Positions 16,122 through 23,929 of a stretch of 32,000 bases of DNA are shown here, in pieces (position 1 is the stretch's first letter; every line of letters starts with the position of its first letter). The translations under genes were made by a program, and so were the position numbers. The notes beneath the pieces are model-generated. The model was not told the origin of the DNA. It ran no database searches and worked only from the letters and a program-made list of their open reading frames with translations. The DNA comes from Acaryochloris marina S15 (GTDB lineage Bacteria > Cyanobacteriota > Cyanobacteriia > Thermosynechococcales > Thermosynechococcaceae). The stretch lies in assembly GCF_018336915.1 (NCBI RefSeq), contig NZ_CP064923.1, forward strand, positions 2,280,001 to 2,312,000. Direction: 5' to 3'.

Positions 16122-16838
16122 CTAAATTAACCCTTTCAAATATCTTTGTCGTTCAGGATTGGGAAATTTCTCAATGGCATACCGCAACATCGTGCGGGGC
16201 ATCTCTTGGTAATGCACTTTGAGAAAGCCTTTCTCTATTTCTAAATCCCGTTTGCCAATTTCCCGAAGCATCCAGCCGACGGCTTTGTGGATTAGATCTT
16301 CCTGATCGTGCAACAGTAACTTGGCAATCGCTAGAGCGTCCTCAAAATCATGATTGCGAATCCACTGAAAGGTTGCGATCATGGCGATTCGCCGTTCCCA
16401 TAGACTTTGAGACTGGGCCAATGGATATATCGGTTGACGATCTTTCCCTTCAAGAAAGACTCCCACGATTTGATAGGCAGAACTGTCTACCAAATCCCAG
16501 TTGTTGATGTACTGGGTATGGCGGAGATAGAGACCGTAAAGATGGGCTTGGTTTTCTTCAGGGGCTTTCTGAAATTGCTTGACCCAAACGAGCAGGGCAA
16601 ACAGACGTTCTTCATGAAATGGTGATTTGAGAAGAGCAATGACCTCTTTGTTGGGGAGGTATTGGTAGTGAGTAACCTGCTGTCTGAGTACAGGGACTCG
16701 AATCCCTAAGAATTGATCACCTTCACCATAGTCACCTGCCCCAGTTTTGAAAAAGCGTTGGGAATGCTCGGCAATCTCTGGATTGGCGAGGGAGACGAGT
16801 TGTTGATGGACGGCACCAGCGGTAAGGTTATTTGCCAC
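16122..16838 (-). CDS. DNA alkylation repair protein (AlkC/AlkD-like HEAT-repeat family)
   Basis: The 238-aa product has the family-typical N-terminus (..L..LANPE.A...QRFFKTG.G.YGEGD.FLGIRVP.LR) and later WV..W..RRIA...T....., DLI.KAVGWMLRE. Confidence 0.75.
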   Translation of the reverse strand: MANNLTAGAVHQQLVSLANPEIAEHSQRFFKTGAGDYGEGDQFLGIRVPVLRQQVTHYQYLPNKEVIALLKSPFHEERLFALLVWVKQFQKAPEENQAHLYGLYLRHTQYINNWDLVDSSAYQIVGVFLEGKDRQPIYPLAQSQSLWERRIAMIATFQWIRNHDFEDALAIAKLLLHDQEDLIHKAVGWMLREIGKRDLEIEKGFLKVHYQEMPRTMLRYAIEKFPNPERQRYLKGLI

Positions 16839-17118
16839 CGTAATAAAAAGCGACTTCCTTATCCTTCAAGGGAGCGAAATCTGCATCCAACAGCATTTGA
16901 TTGAGTTCAGCTTGGGCAAGATGCTTGGCTCCAATGCGGACAATCCGAGATCGCATGGTATTGGATACGCCACTTCGTTGCCGATTTCCCTCTAATCCCA
17001 TGATCTGATTGTAGAGATTGAGTTTGGGAGCGGGAATTTGGGAGCCATCGAGATCGAGACCTTTTGAGATCGCAGTATCAACTGCCTCTGCGCCGGTTGT
17101 ATTGCTAGGGTTTGCCAT
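16828..17118 (-). CDS. Small conserved hypothetical protein (96 aa)
   Basis: The ORF overlaps the start of the downstream AlkD-like gene by 11 nt, which suggests translational coupling. I do not recognise a family. Confidence 0.5.
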   Translation of the reverse strand: MANPSNTTGAEAVDTAISKGLDLDGSQIPAPKLNLYNQIMGLEGNRQRSGVSNTMRSRIVRIGAKHLAQAELNQMLLDADFAPLKDKEVAFYYGGK

Positions 17119-17389
17119 ATTAATAGGGGGTTGCTCAGTTCACGTTCGGATCCTACCAGTGATTGGGATGTTGCTCACCCATATTTAGGATAAGAGGTGA
17201 TTCTCATCTGGTCTTTTCTATTAGCTGAAAATTAAAATAATTGATTAGAATTATAGTGATATCTCTTAAGTATTTTTTGATTGTAGTTAAATAATAGTGT
17301 AAATCTACAACTCAAACTTCTATATATACGGGTTTGAATACAGTCAGTTATTAAATTAGAAAGTGAAGGAAAAGTTATTATCTTAGATT

Positions 17390-17926
17390 ATGAAAGTTTG
17401 TGTTAAGTCTGAATCCGCTCTAGGCAATTCTATCCTCCGCACTTTGGCAGTGTTAGGTGTTTCTTTTGGTATGGCAGTCGTGATGCCATCCGAAGCATTT
17501 GCAGATACCGTAAATTTGTCTGGTACTGTCTCTTCAACACTAACGCTTTCGACAACAGCTACGGGCACTGCTGGTGCTTTGCCTTTAGATGGTGGTGCTG
17601 CTGGTAATCAGCAAATTGTCCAAGTCGCTGATCTAGGTATTAATACAAACAACGAGCAAGGATATACCTTAACCGTAACCTCAGGAGACCTGACAAAGTC
17701 CGGGGGAACAGCCATCTCTTATCAGACAACCACAACAGCTACTGGTATTTCTGCAGTGACAGGGGACTTTGCGGTTGCTTCAGGTACTGATCATACGTTC
17801 GCAACTTCTGCAGCGAATGCCTCCGGATCGGGAGATCGCGATCTTTGGATTCAATATACTCCAGCCTCTCTGCAAGACCCCGGGTCTTATACAGGGGCTA
17901 TTACAGTGACAGTGGCTGATAATTAA
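17390..17926 (+). CDS. Chaperone-usher pilin-like subunit 1 (secreted; Csu/SCPU-like assignment is tentative)
   Basis: A signal peptide ends ..PSEAFA|DTV. The N-terminal segment has alternating hydrophobic residues (VNLSGTVSSTLTLS), the body is Thr/Ser/Gly-rich and beta-like, and the C-terminus is DPGSYTGAITVTVADN. It is paralogous to 18611..19093 and lies upstream of a PapD-like chaperone and an usher. Confidence 0.65.
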   Translation: MKVCVKSESALGNSILRTLAVLGVSFGMAVVMPSEAFADTVNLSGTVSSTLTLSTTATGTAGALPLDGGAAGNQQIVQVADLGINTNNEQGYTLTVTSGDLTKSGGTAISYQTTTTATGISAVTGDFAVASGTDHTFATSAANASGSGDRDLWIQYTPASLQDPGSYTGAITVTVADN

Positions 17927-17936
17927 GCAAAATCTT

Positions 17937-18569
17937 ATGGATTATCGGCCTATAGCTGAGCCATTGAAAAGGCATATTTCACCGATGGCCCTAGATTTAA
18001 AATCTTTGTTGCATCAGCAGAAGTCTGCAGTCAATACTCGAGGGACTCATTCAATCTTCTGGATGTCAGGGATATGTCTAGGGCTATGGGGGATACTGAC
18101 TCCCCATAATCTGGCCAGTGCAAATAGTAGCGTTGATTTAGTGGGGATTATTTCTCCCCGACTCACCATAGACTCGTCTTCAAATTCCAGCTCGATCAAA
18201 GTGGAATTGCAACCTCAGTCAATTCAAGCTGCTGACCCATCCATTTCTCAAGGAAACCAGAGTCGGATTACGGTCAAGGTGATGGATCTGACGATTCAAA
18301 TGAATGGGGAGTATCCCTTTGACGTTGTATTCGAACCGGTTAAGAACTATCTAGAAAGTCCAACAGGAGAGAGGGTTCCGTTCCAATTAGGTATCTCTAC
18401 ACCGGAAAATCAGAGGGCGACTTTCAGTACCCAGCAGCAGCCTCAGGTCAGAGTCCCTAGTCAAGGTCAAGCGCTCCGGCTGAGTGTCTATCTCCAACTT
18501 GAAACCGTAGACCTTGAGACTGCCCAAACCTATCAGTCAGAGATTTTGCTGAGCACAATTGATCAATGA
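17937..18569 (+). CDS. Divergent pilin-like or accessory subunit 2 of the chaperone-usher cluster
   Basis: It starts 10 nt after subunit 1. It has a hydrophobic leader (IFWMSGICLGLWGIL...LASA). The layout loosely parallels the subunits (ITVKVMDLTIQMNGEYPFDVVFE ~ IVQVADLGINTNNEQGYTLTVTS; C-terminal AQTYQSEILLSTIDQ ~ PGSYTGAITVTVADN). Confidence 0.5.
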   Translation: MDYRPIAEPLKRHISPMALDLKSLLHQQKSAVNTRGTHSIFWMSGICLGLWGILTPHNLASANSSVDLVGIISPRLTIDSSSNSSSIKVELQPQSIQAADPSISQGNQSRITVKVMDLTIQMNGEYPFDVVFEPVKNYLESPTGERVPFQLGISTPENQRATFSTQQQPQVRVPSQGQALRLSVYLQLETVDLETAQTYQSEILLSTIDQ

Positions 18570-18610
18570 ATTATTCCCAAATGCACTGTTATTAGAACTA
18601 GTTCGAAAGT

Positions 18611-19093
18611 GTGAAATACCCTACCTTAAGTGACCGAGCTTTCCCCCTATTAGGTTGTCTGATAGGGGGGCTCATGATGGGGCTTCAACCAGCTTTTGCC
18701 TTGCCGACTTTAACGACTACCCCTTCAAGTAATGCCAGCAACCTGACGTTAGATGGCGAAGGCAGTACGAGTAGTCGTATTGTCAAAGTAGCAACATTAA
18801 CCGCTTCAACGATAAATCTTACGGGATTCACCTTAACAATTAGCTCTAGCTCCATCGGAAAATCAGGTGGTACTCCAATTGGCTTTCAAGTTGTCACTGT
18901 AAATAGTGGAGATCCACCCCCTACTGCAGCAGAATTTACAGTTCCATCTGGGAATAATTATGAATATACGACAAGTTTAGCTGGCACAGAAAATCGGGAT
19001 ATTTATATTTATTATACGCCTGGAATTTTGCAGGACCCTGGTAGTTATAGCGGCTCTATTCTTGTCAATATTTCAGATAACCCTTTGATCTAA
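18611..19093 (+). CDS. Chaperone-usher pilin-like subunit 3 (paralogue of subunit 1)
   Basis: A GTG start precedes a signal peptide ending ..QPAFA|LPT. It aligns with subunit 1 through RIVKVATLTASTINLTGFTLTISS...KSGGTPIGFQ...NRDIYIYYTPGILQDPGSYSGSILVNISDN. Confidence 0.65.
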   Translation: MKYPTLSDRAFPLLGCLIGGLMMGLQPAFALPTLTTTPSSNASNLTLDGEGSTSSRIVKVATLTASTINLTGFTLTISSSSIGKSGGTPIGFQVVTVNSGDPPPTAAEFTVPSGNNYEYTTSLAGTENRDIYIYYTPGILQDPGSYSGSILVNISDNPLI

Positions 19094-19190
19094 AATAATC
19101 AGCTTTATTAATACCATAAAATAATAAATCGACAACCGAGCTTGAGAGTGATCTTGGCTTAATTGAGTTGTTGAAAGGCAAGGATGATTT

Positions 19191-19952
19191 ATGAAATCAG
19201 TATTTCAAGCCATTCTGTTGGCAGCCACCATCAGTCTCTTTAGTTTTCAGCCCAGCAATGCTTTTAAGTTAGAGCCAATTTCACGAACGTTTAAGCCAGT
19301 CGGTTCTGGTTCCACTCAGTCTTACGAAATTTTTAATCCGAGCAATGAACGGGTCGCTATTAATATTTCAATGGTTCATCGGTTGGTGAATAAAACCGGT
19401 CAGGAAAGTCATGCACCTGCAGATGATGATTTTCTGGTCTATCCTCCGCAAATATTACTTGAGCCAAATGCCATGCAGACGGTAAGAGTGACCTGGGTTG
19501 GAGAGTCTGAACCCACTCAAGAACTCGCTTATCGACTGATTGCCGAACAATTACCCATCAACCTCGATCCACCTTCAGCTCCCAAGGGAACATCCTCCAC
19601 CGGCAAGATAAAAGTGCTGATGCGCTATGTCGGCTCGGTCTACATTAAGCCAGAAAAGGTCAAACCTGATGTTGTTCTTGCGGGGTTAGAAAACATGCAA
19701 TCCCCAAAAGGCGATGCACAGTTGGCCTTGACCTTTCATAATCAGGGAACCGCTCACGCATCTCTACGGAAACTGCAGCTCAGATTGATTGCTGCGCAGG
19801 GTGAGGTTTTGGAGCTGACCCCGGAGCAAATGGGTGAAATGAAGAATGCCACCATTCTGGCAGGTAAGCAACGTCAATTCCGAATTCCCTATCCCGCCAA
19901 TTTGAACTTTAAGCCTGTAAAGGCCACCTTTACCTTTCAACAGCCGGACTAA
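19191..19952 (+). CDS. PapD-like periplasmic pilus chaperone
   Basis: It has a signal peptide (..FQPSNA|FKLEP). Chaperone hallmarks are present: P.SRTF....GSTQSYEIFNPSNE.VAI, FLVYPPQILLEPNAMQTVRVTW and YRLIAEQLP. A second Ig-like domain follows. Confidence 0.8.
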   Translation: MKSVFQAILLAATISLFSFQPSNAFKLEPISRTFKPVGSGSTQSYEIFNPSNERVAINISMVHRLVNKTGQESHAPADDDFLVYPPQILLEPNAMQTVRVTWVGESEPTQELAYRLIAEQLPINLDPPSAPKGTSSTGKIKVLMRYVGSVYIKPEKVKPDVVLAGLENMQSPKGDAQLALTFHNQGTAHASLRKLQLRLIAAQGEVLELTPEQMGEMKNATILAGKQRQFRIPYPANLNFKPVKATFTFQQPD

Positions 19953-20002
19953 GGAGGAAATAGGGCATTGAATCCTCTCAATCGGTGAGAGGGAGATGAA
20001 TT

Positions 20003-22612
20003 ATGACGCTAGGACACATCCCACCTCCTCCTCAATTGGTTCTTCCAGTTGAAGAAATTACCACTGCCAGTACCCCAGAATCACGACTGTTTTCTAACAC
20101 CGCATTTGAACCACCACCATCTGATCCACCGACTGTTCCACCATCAGTAGAGCCAGAATCATCCTCCGCTGACTTAACTGAAGAGGAGGTGTTTGAAAAA
20201 GTGTTTGGGCAACCCCAATTGCAGGAGAGACCCCATCAGCTGATGGCGCCATTACTGATTGATGGAAGTGTCATCGGTGAAATATTAGTGACGATTCCAA
20301 ATGGGAATAGCAAGTTGATTCGCCTGCCTGCTGCGCAATTGTTGGAACCCTTGTCCAAGGTATTGGATGCAGAGAAGGTGGCTTTGCTAACATCCGATGT
20401 GAGTGAAAGCGGTCAACTGTCCCTGCAAAATCTAAGCCAACAGGGTCTGCAGGCCCAATTTGATGAACAACGGCTGGAGATGAAGATCACCATTCCTTCG
20501 GTTCACCGAAAAGTGAAGGTATCCTCACTAGGCTCGCAATCCCAAGTTCCAGGCGCAGAAGCCCCCCTGACCCCGAATTCGTTCTCAGGATATCTCAATG
20601 TCAGAGGGGGAGAAACGGTGGATTGGTCTGAAGGGGAATGGGAACGGCAGCCTGTCCAGTTGGATCTTGATGGGGCTTTAAATTACAAAGGTTGGGTCTT
20701 TGAAGGCGCGGCACGTTGGGATGAAGACGATATGACAACGGTTCAACGGGAAGATATCCGTCTGATCCGAGATGACCCAAAACGATCTGTGCGATATGTA
20801 TTAGGGGATTTGGCACTACCGACGATTGGGTATCAAAATAACCAGTCTATCTTTGGCATGAGTGTCGTCCGTAATTTCAAGCTTCAACCTAACCGAGTAA
20901 CCCGTCCGATCAATCGATTCGAATTTTTTCTAGAGGATGATGCTCAGGTTGAAGTTTTTAATAATGGTCAGCTTGTTCAAACTTTAAGGTTGTCTGCAGG
21001 TCCCCAAGATATTCGTGATTTGCCCCTCACGGCAGGTCTCAATGATGTGCAGCTCGTGATTACAGACAATGTGGGTCGGGTCCAGCGTTTAGATTTTTCG
21101 GCAACGGTGGCCGGTGATTTACTCGCACCAGGGCGGCATCAATTCGCCTATGGGGTCGGCTTTCCACGGACTGATGAAACGGGTTTGTGGCGTTATGATA
21201 CCTCCCAACCGATCGTGAGCCTGAGTCATCGTGCTGGGATATCTCCGAATTTTACGGTGGGGGGATATCTGCAAGCGGGATTCCAGGAACAATTGGTCGG
21301 ACTTAAAGGCCTCTGGGCGGCCCCCATTGGGAATGTAGATGTGGATGTGGCCTTTAGCAATAAACAGGAATGGGGGCAAGACTATGCATTCAGACTCGGG
21401 TATGACTTTTTACAGTCCGGCAAACGAAACCCCACCCAACGGAACTTTGGGGTCGCGGTGGAGTACCGGGGTAACGTTTTTGCAAACTTTGGAGCTGTCA
21501 ATAGAGAACAAGAGACAGCCTTAGATTTCACGGCCTACTATAGCCAAAAGTTGTTTTGGGATATAACTAGTACTTTAAATTTTCGCTATCAACTGGGACG
21601 GAATACCTCAGACCAGTACAAGTTGGTTTGGGGACTGACTCGATCCTTTAAGGGGGTTGGTGTCAATCTCAGATTAAGCCAAATTCTCAACCAAGAGGGA
21701 AATCATGAGCAGCAAGCCTCCCTTAATTTCCTGTGGCTGAAACCTGAAAAACGACAGACCGTGCAGCTCACGACAGAAGTGAGCAGTGTAGACGATCCTG
21801 AAAACCGTTTGGCCTGGAATTATAGTGCTCTAAATCCTAATCAGGGATTGGATGCATCGGTGGGGTTAAATACGAAGGCCGATCGTAATCGTCTCTCTGG
21901 CAACCTTAAATACAAAGGGTATCGAGGAACCTGGCAACTGGACCAATCTTTTGAGCTAGAGAGGGAGAGTCAAAGACTGACCCAAAGTAGTACTCAGTTA
22001 ACGTTTGGTACAGCAATTGTGTTTGTCGATGGTCATTGGGGCATTTCACGCCCTGTAACAGATAGTTTTGCCTTGTTAGTACCTCATCCTAATTTGAAGG
22101 GATTAAAAATTGGTGTGAATCCTAATGGCGGTGAGAACTATCAAGCCAAAGTTGATCCCTTTGGGCCAGCCGTGATGTCCAATTTACAGTCCTATCAACT
22201 GTCCACATTGCGGGTGAGCGCACCTGATTTGCCCATTGGTTATGAGATTGGTCCTCGGGTACATTATGTTTCTCCTACCTATAAAAGCGGTACGCTGATT
22301 CGCATGGGCTCTGATGCTTCTATTTTCTTGAAGGGGAAGTTGCTGAATTCGCAAGGCGAGGTGATTGCGTTGCAAGCGGGTGAAGTACAATCTTTGTCCG
22401 ATCCGCAGTGGAAACCGATAACCCTATTTACAAATAAGGCGGGTAAATTCGCGGCCGAAGGGTTTAAACCTGGAAAATATCGAATTCGGCTGTTTACAGA
22501 AAAGCCCCAAGTTGTGCAGTTTACAATTCCTGGCGATCAGGAAGGTATCTATGATGTAGGTCCAATTAAGGTGACAGGTGAGGCCATTCTTGAGTCATCC
22601 CCAAAAAAGTAA
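20003..22612 (+). CDS. Outer-membrane pilus usher-like protein (869 aa) with a Pro/Glu-rich N-terminus and no obvious signal peptide
   Basis: Its size and its position directly after the chaperone fit an usher. The body is long, Gly/aromatic-rich and beta-barrel-like. The C-terminal domain matches the usher CTD pattern (GKLLNSQGEVIALQAGEVQS...FTNKAGKFAAEGFKPGKYRIRL). An RBS GAGGGAG lies 8 nt upstream of the ATG, and an in-frame TGA at 19997 excludes an N-terminal extension. Confidence 0.6.
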   Translation: MTLGHIPPPPQLVLPVEEITTASTPESRLFSNTAFEPPPSDPPTVPPSVEPESSSADLTEEEVFEKVFGQPQLQERPHQLMAPLLIDGSVIGEILVTIPNGNSKLIRLPAAQLLEPLSKVLDAEKVALLTSDVSESGQLSLQNLSQQGLQAQFDEQRLEMKITIPSVHRKVKVSSLGSQSQVPGAEAPLTPNSFSGYLNVRGGETVDWSEGEWERQPVQLDLDGALNYKGWVFEGAARWDEDDMTTVQREDIRLIRDDPKRSVRYVLGDLALPTIGYQNNQSIFGMSVVRNFKLQPNRVTRPINRFEFFLEDDAQVEVFNNGQLVQTLRLSAGPQDIRDLPLTAGLNDVQLVITDNVGRVQRLDFSATVAGDLLAPGRHQFAYGVGFPRTDETGLWRYDTSQPIVSLSHRAGISPNFTVGGYLQAGFQEQLVGLKGLWAAPIGNVDVDVAFSNKQEWGQDYAFRLGYDFLQSGKRNPTQRNFGVAVEYRGNVFANFGAVNREQETALDFTAYYSQKLFWDITSTLNFRYQLGRNTSDQYKLVWGLTRSFKGVGVNLRLSQILNQEGNHEQQASLNFLWLKPEKRQTVQLTTEVSSVDDPENRLAWNYSALNPNQGLDASVGLNTKADRNRLSGNLKYKGYRGTWQLDQSFELERESQRLTQSSTQLTFGTAIVFVDGHWGISRPVTDSFALLVPHPNLKGLKIGVNPNGGENYQAKVDPFGPAVMSNLQSYQLSTLRVSAPDLPIGYEIGPRVHYVSPTYKSGTLIRMGSDASIFLKGKLLNSQGEVIALQAGEVQSLSDPQWKPITLFTNKAGKFAAEGFKPGKYRIRLFTEKPQVVQFTIPGDQEGIYDVGPIKVTGEAILESSPKK

Positions 22613-22666
22613 GAAAATGGAGGGATGGCCAAAGGATTAGATTTAGCTCATCTTTATTCAGTCAAT

Positions 22667-23497
22667 TTATACTTCAACACTGGTCAAAAAATCCAAAGTT
22701 AAGTCAGATAATGTCTGGCAATATTTCGTGGGAAGTTGATGGTCTGCGCCTGGAATAACATGTAATTTTCCTTTAGAGATGTTTGCTTCAAGATGCTCCC
22801 CAAATTCAACGGGAATGGTTTCGTCTGACTCTCCGCAAATAATAACCGTTGGAGAATGGATGTTTTTTGCATCTTCATGGATAAGTTCATCACTTATTTC
22901 TAGGCGAAATGCTCTTTGTATCCATGCTTGAAAGACAGGATCATGTAAAAACCTCTCTCGAATAAACCTGATCTCCTGCATGAAATTTTCATATCCAAGA
23001 AATTTTATCAAAGGAGAAACTAGGTTGATGAGCCAATCGATGACTGGCGTTTTCCACGAAAAAGGGATGAGTATACGATACGGTTCAAGATATTCTCCAA
23101 CACCGGCGGGGGCTAGCAGAACTAGTCCTAATATTGATGGGGAGGCAGAAAGTTCTAGACGTGCTGCTGTCCAACCCCCTAAAGAATGGCCAACAACAAA
23201 GAAATTTTCAATTCCAAGTGTTTCCATGAATTTTTTGGAAAAAGCGACTTGTGAATCAACTTTATATTCAATCTCTAATTTAGAAGAATCACCAAAACCT
23301 AATAGGTCTAGACTTATACAGCGATATTTGTCTTTAAGGTTATTGGTGATGCCTTCCCAAACTGATGCATCTGAGAAAAAACCGTGAATGAATAAAATGG
23401 CTGGGCCATTGCCGATATCGATATATGCTGCACTGACCTGACTGTCTGGTTTTCCTTCAACACTTAGTTCGAATGAAATATTAGATTTCGTCAACAT
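22667..23497 (-). CDS. Alpha/beta-fold hydrolase
   Basis: It has ILFIHGF (oxyanion region), the nucleophile elbow VVGHSLGGW, and a C-terminal IPGADHQLP (His of the triad). It looks AT-richer than its neighbours by eye. Confidence 0.8.
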   Translation of the reverse strand: MLTKSNISFELSVEGKPDSQVSAAYIDIGNGPAILFIHGFFSDASVWEGITNNLKDKYRCISLDLLGFGDSSKLEIEYKVDSQVAFSKKFMETLGIENFFVVGHSLGGWTAARLELSASPSILGLVLLAPAGVGEYLEPYRILIPFSWKTPVIDWLINLVSPLIKFLGYENFMQEIRFIRERFLHDPVFQAWIQRAFRLEISDELIHEDAKNIHSPTVIICGESDETIPVEFGEHLEANISKGKLHVIPGADHQLPTKYCQTLSDLTLDFLTSVEV

Positions 23498-23929
23498 TGA
23501 TTCCGTTGAGTGTATATCTGCACAGCTACTTTGGTTCCTGCACCGGCATTTCTGTTGTGGATGTGACGAAGATCGCCATGTGTCATAACTGTTGGATTTC
23601 TCGTCATCGCATTTTCAAAAACATGACAGCTCGGGGGCAGACATCAGTCAGTTGGTGTTAGGGCTGCAAGTTACCTCTCGTCGTTAATCACCCAGGTGAA
23701 TGGCTCAACATTCTGGGCAACATGAATGATCGGATGCCTGTTTCAACTGTGTTGAAGCTTCTATTTGGCACGGTCATTGCAGATTGAGGATATGTCTACC
23801 CACTCTGGTTTGAGCCATGACTGACCCAATCCCAATCGAGTTGCTGGGTGTCGAAGAGCCTGCTCACTTCACTTAGGGATTGTATCAGTGAATGATCGAC
23901 AGGTGATAGGGCACAAGGAAGCCTGAATC

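Noticed and set aside
15896-16222. A 108-aa plus-strand ORF between the coiled-coil gene and the AlkD-like gene.
   Set aside because: It starts inside the terminator hairpin, spans two HIP1 palindromes, overlaps the 3' end of the convergent AlkD-like gene and has no motifs. It is probably non-coding.
17298-17309. The palindrome TGTAAATCTACA as an NtcA or CRP-family site upstream of the pilus operon.
   Set aside because: NtcA sites are GTA-N8-TAC and CRP-type sites are TGTGA-N6-TCACA. This palindrome has only 4 nt between the TGTA and TACA halves, so the spacing is wrong.
22980-23387. A 135-aa plus-strand ORF antisense to the alpha/beta hydrolase, and similarly 7879-8193+ antisense to pyrC, and 24153-24434+ and 25011-25244+ antisense to the kinase.
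   Set aside because: They are fully nested antisense to genes with strong homology and have no motifs of their own.
23498-23929. A 430-bp gap between the hydrolase and the kinase, containing short ORFs (e.g. a minus-strand peptide with ..VMTHGDLRHIHN..).
   Set aside because: I could not assign any convincing gene remnant, RNA fold or repeat by eye, so it is left unannotated. A BLASTX or covariance-model scan would be needed.
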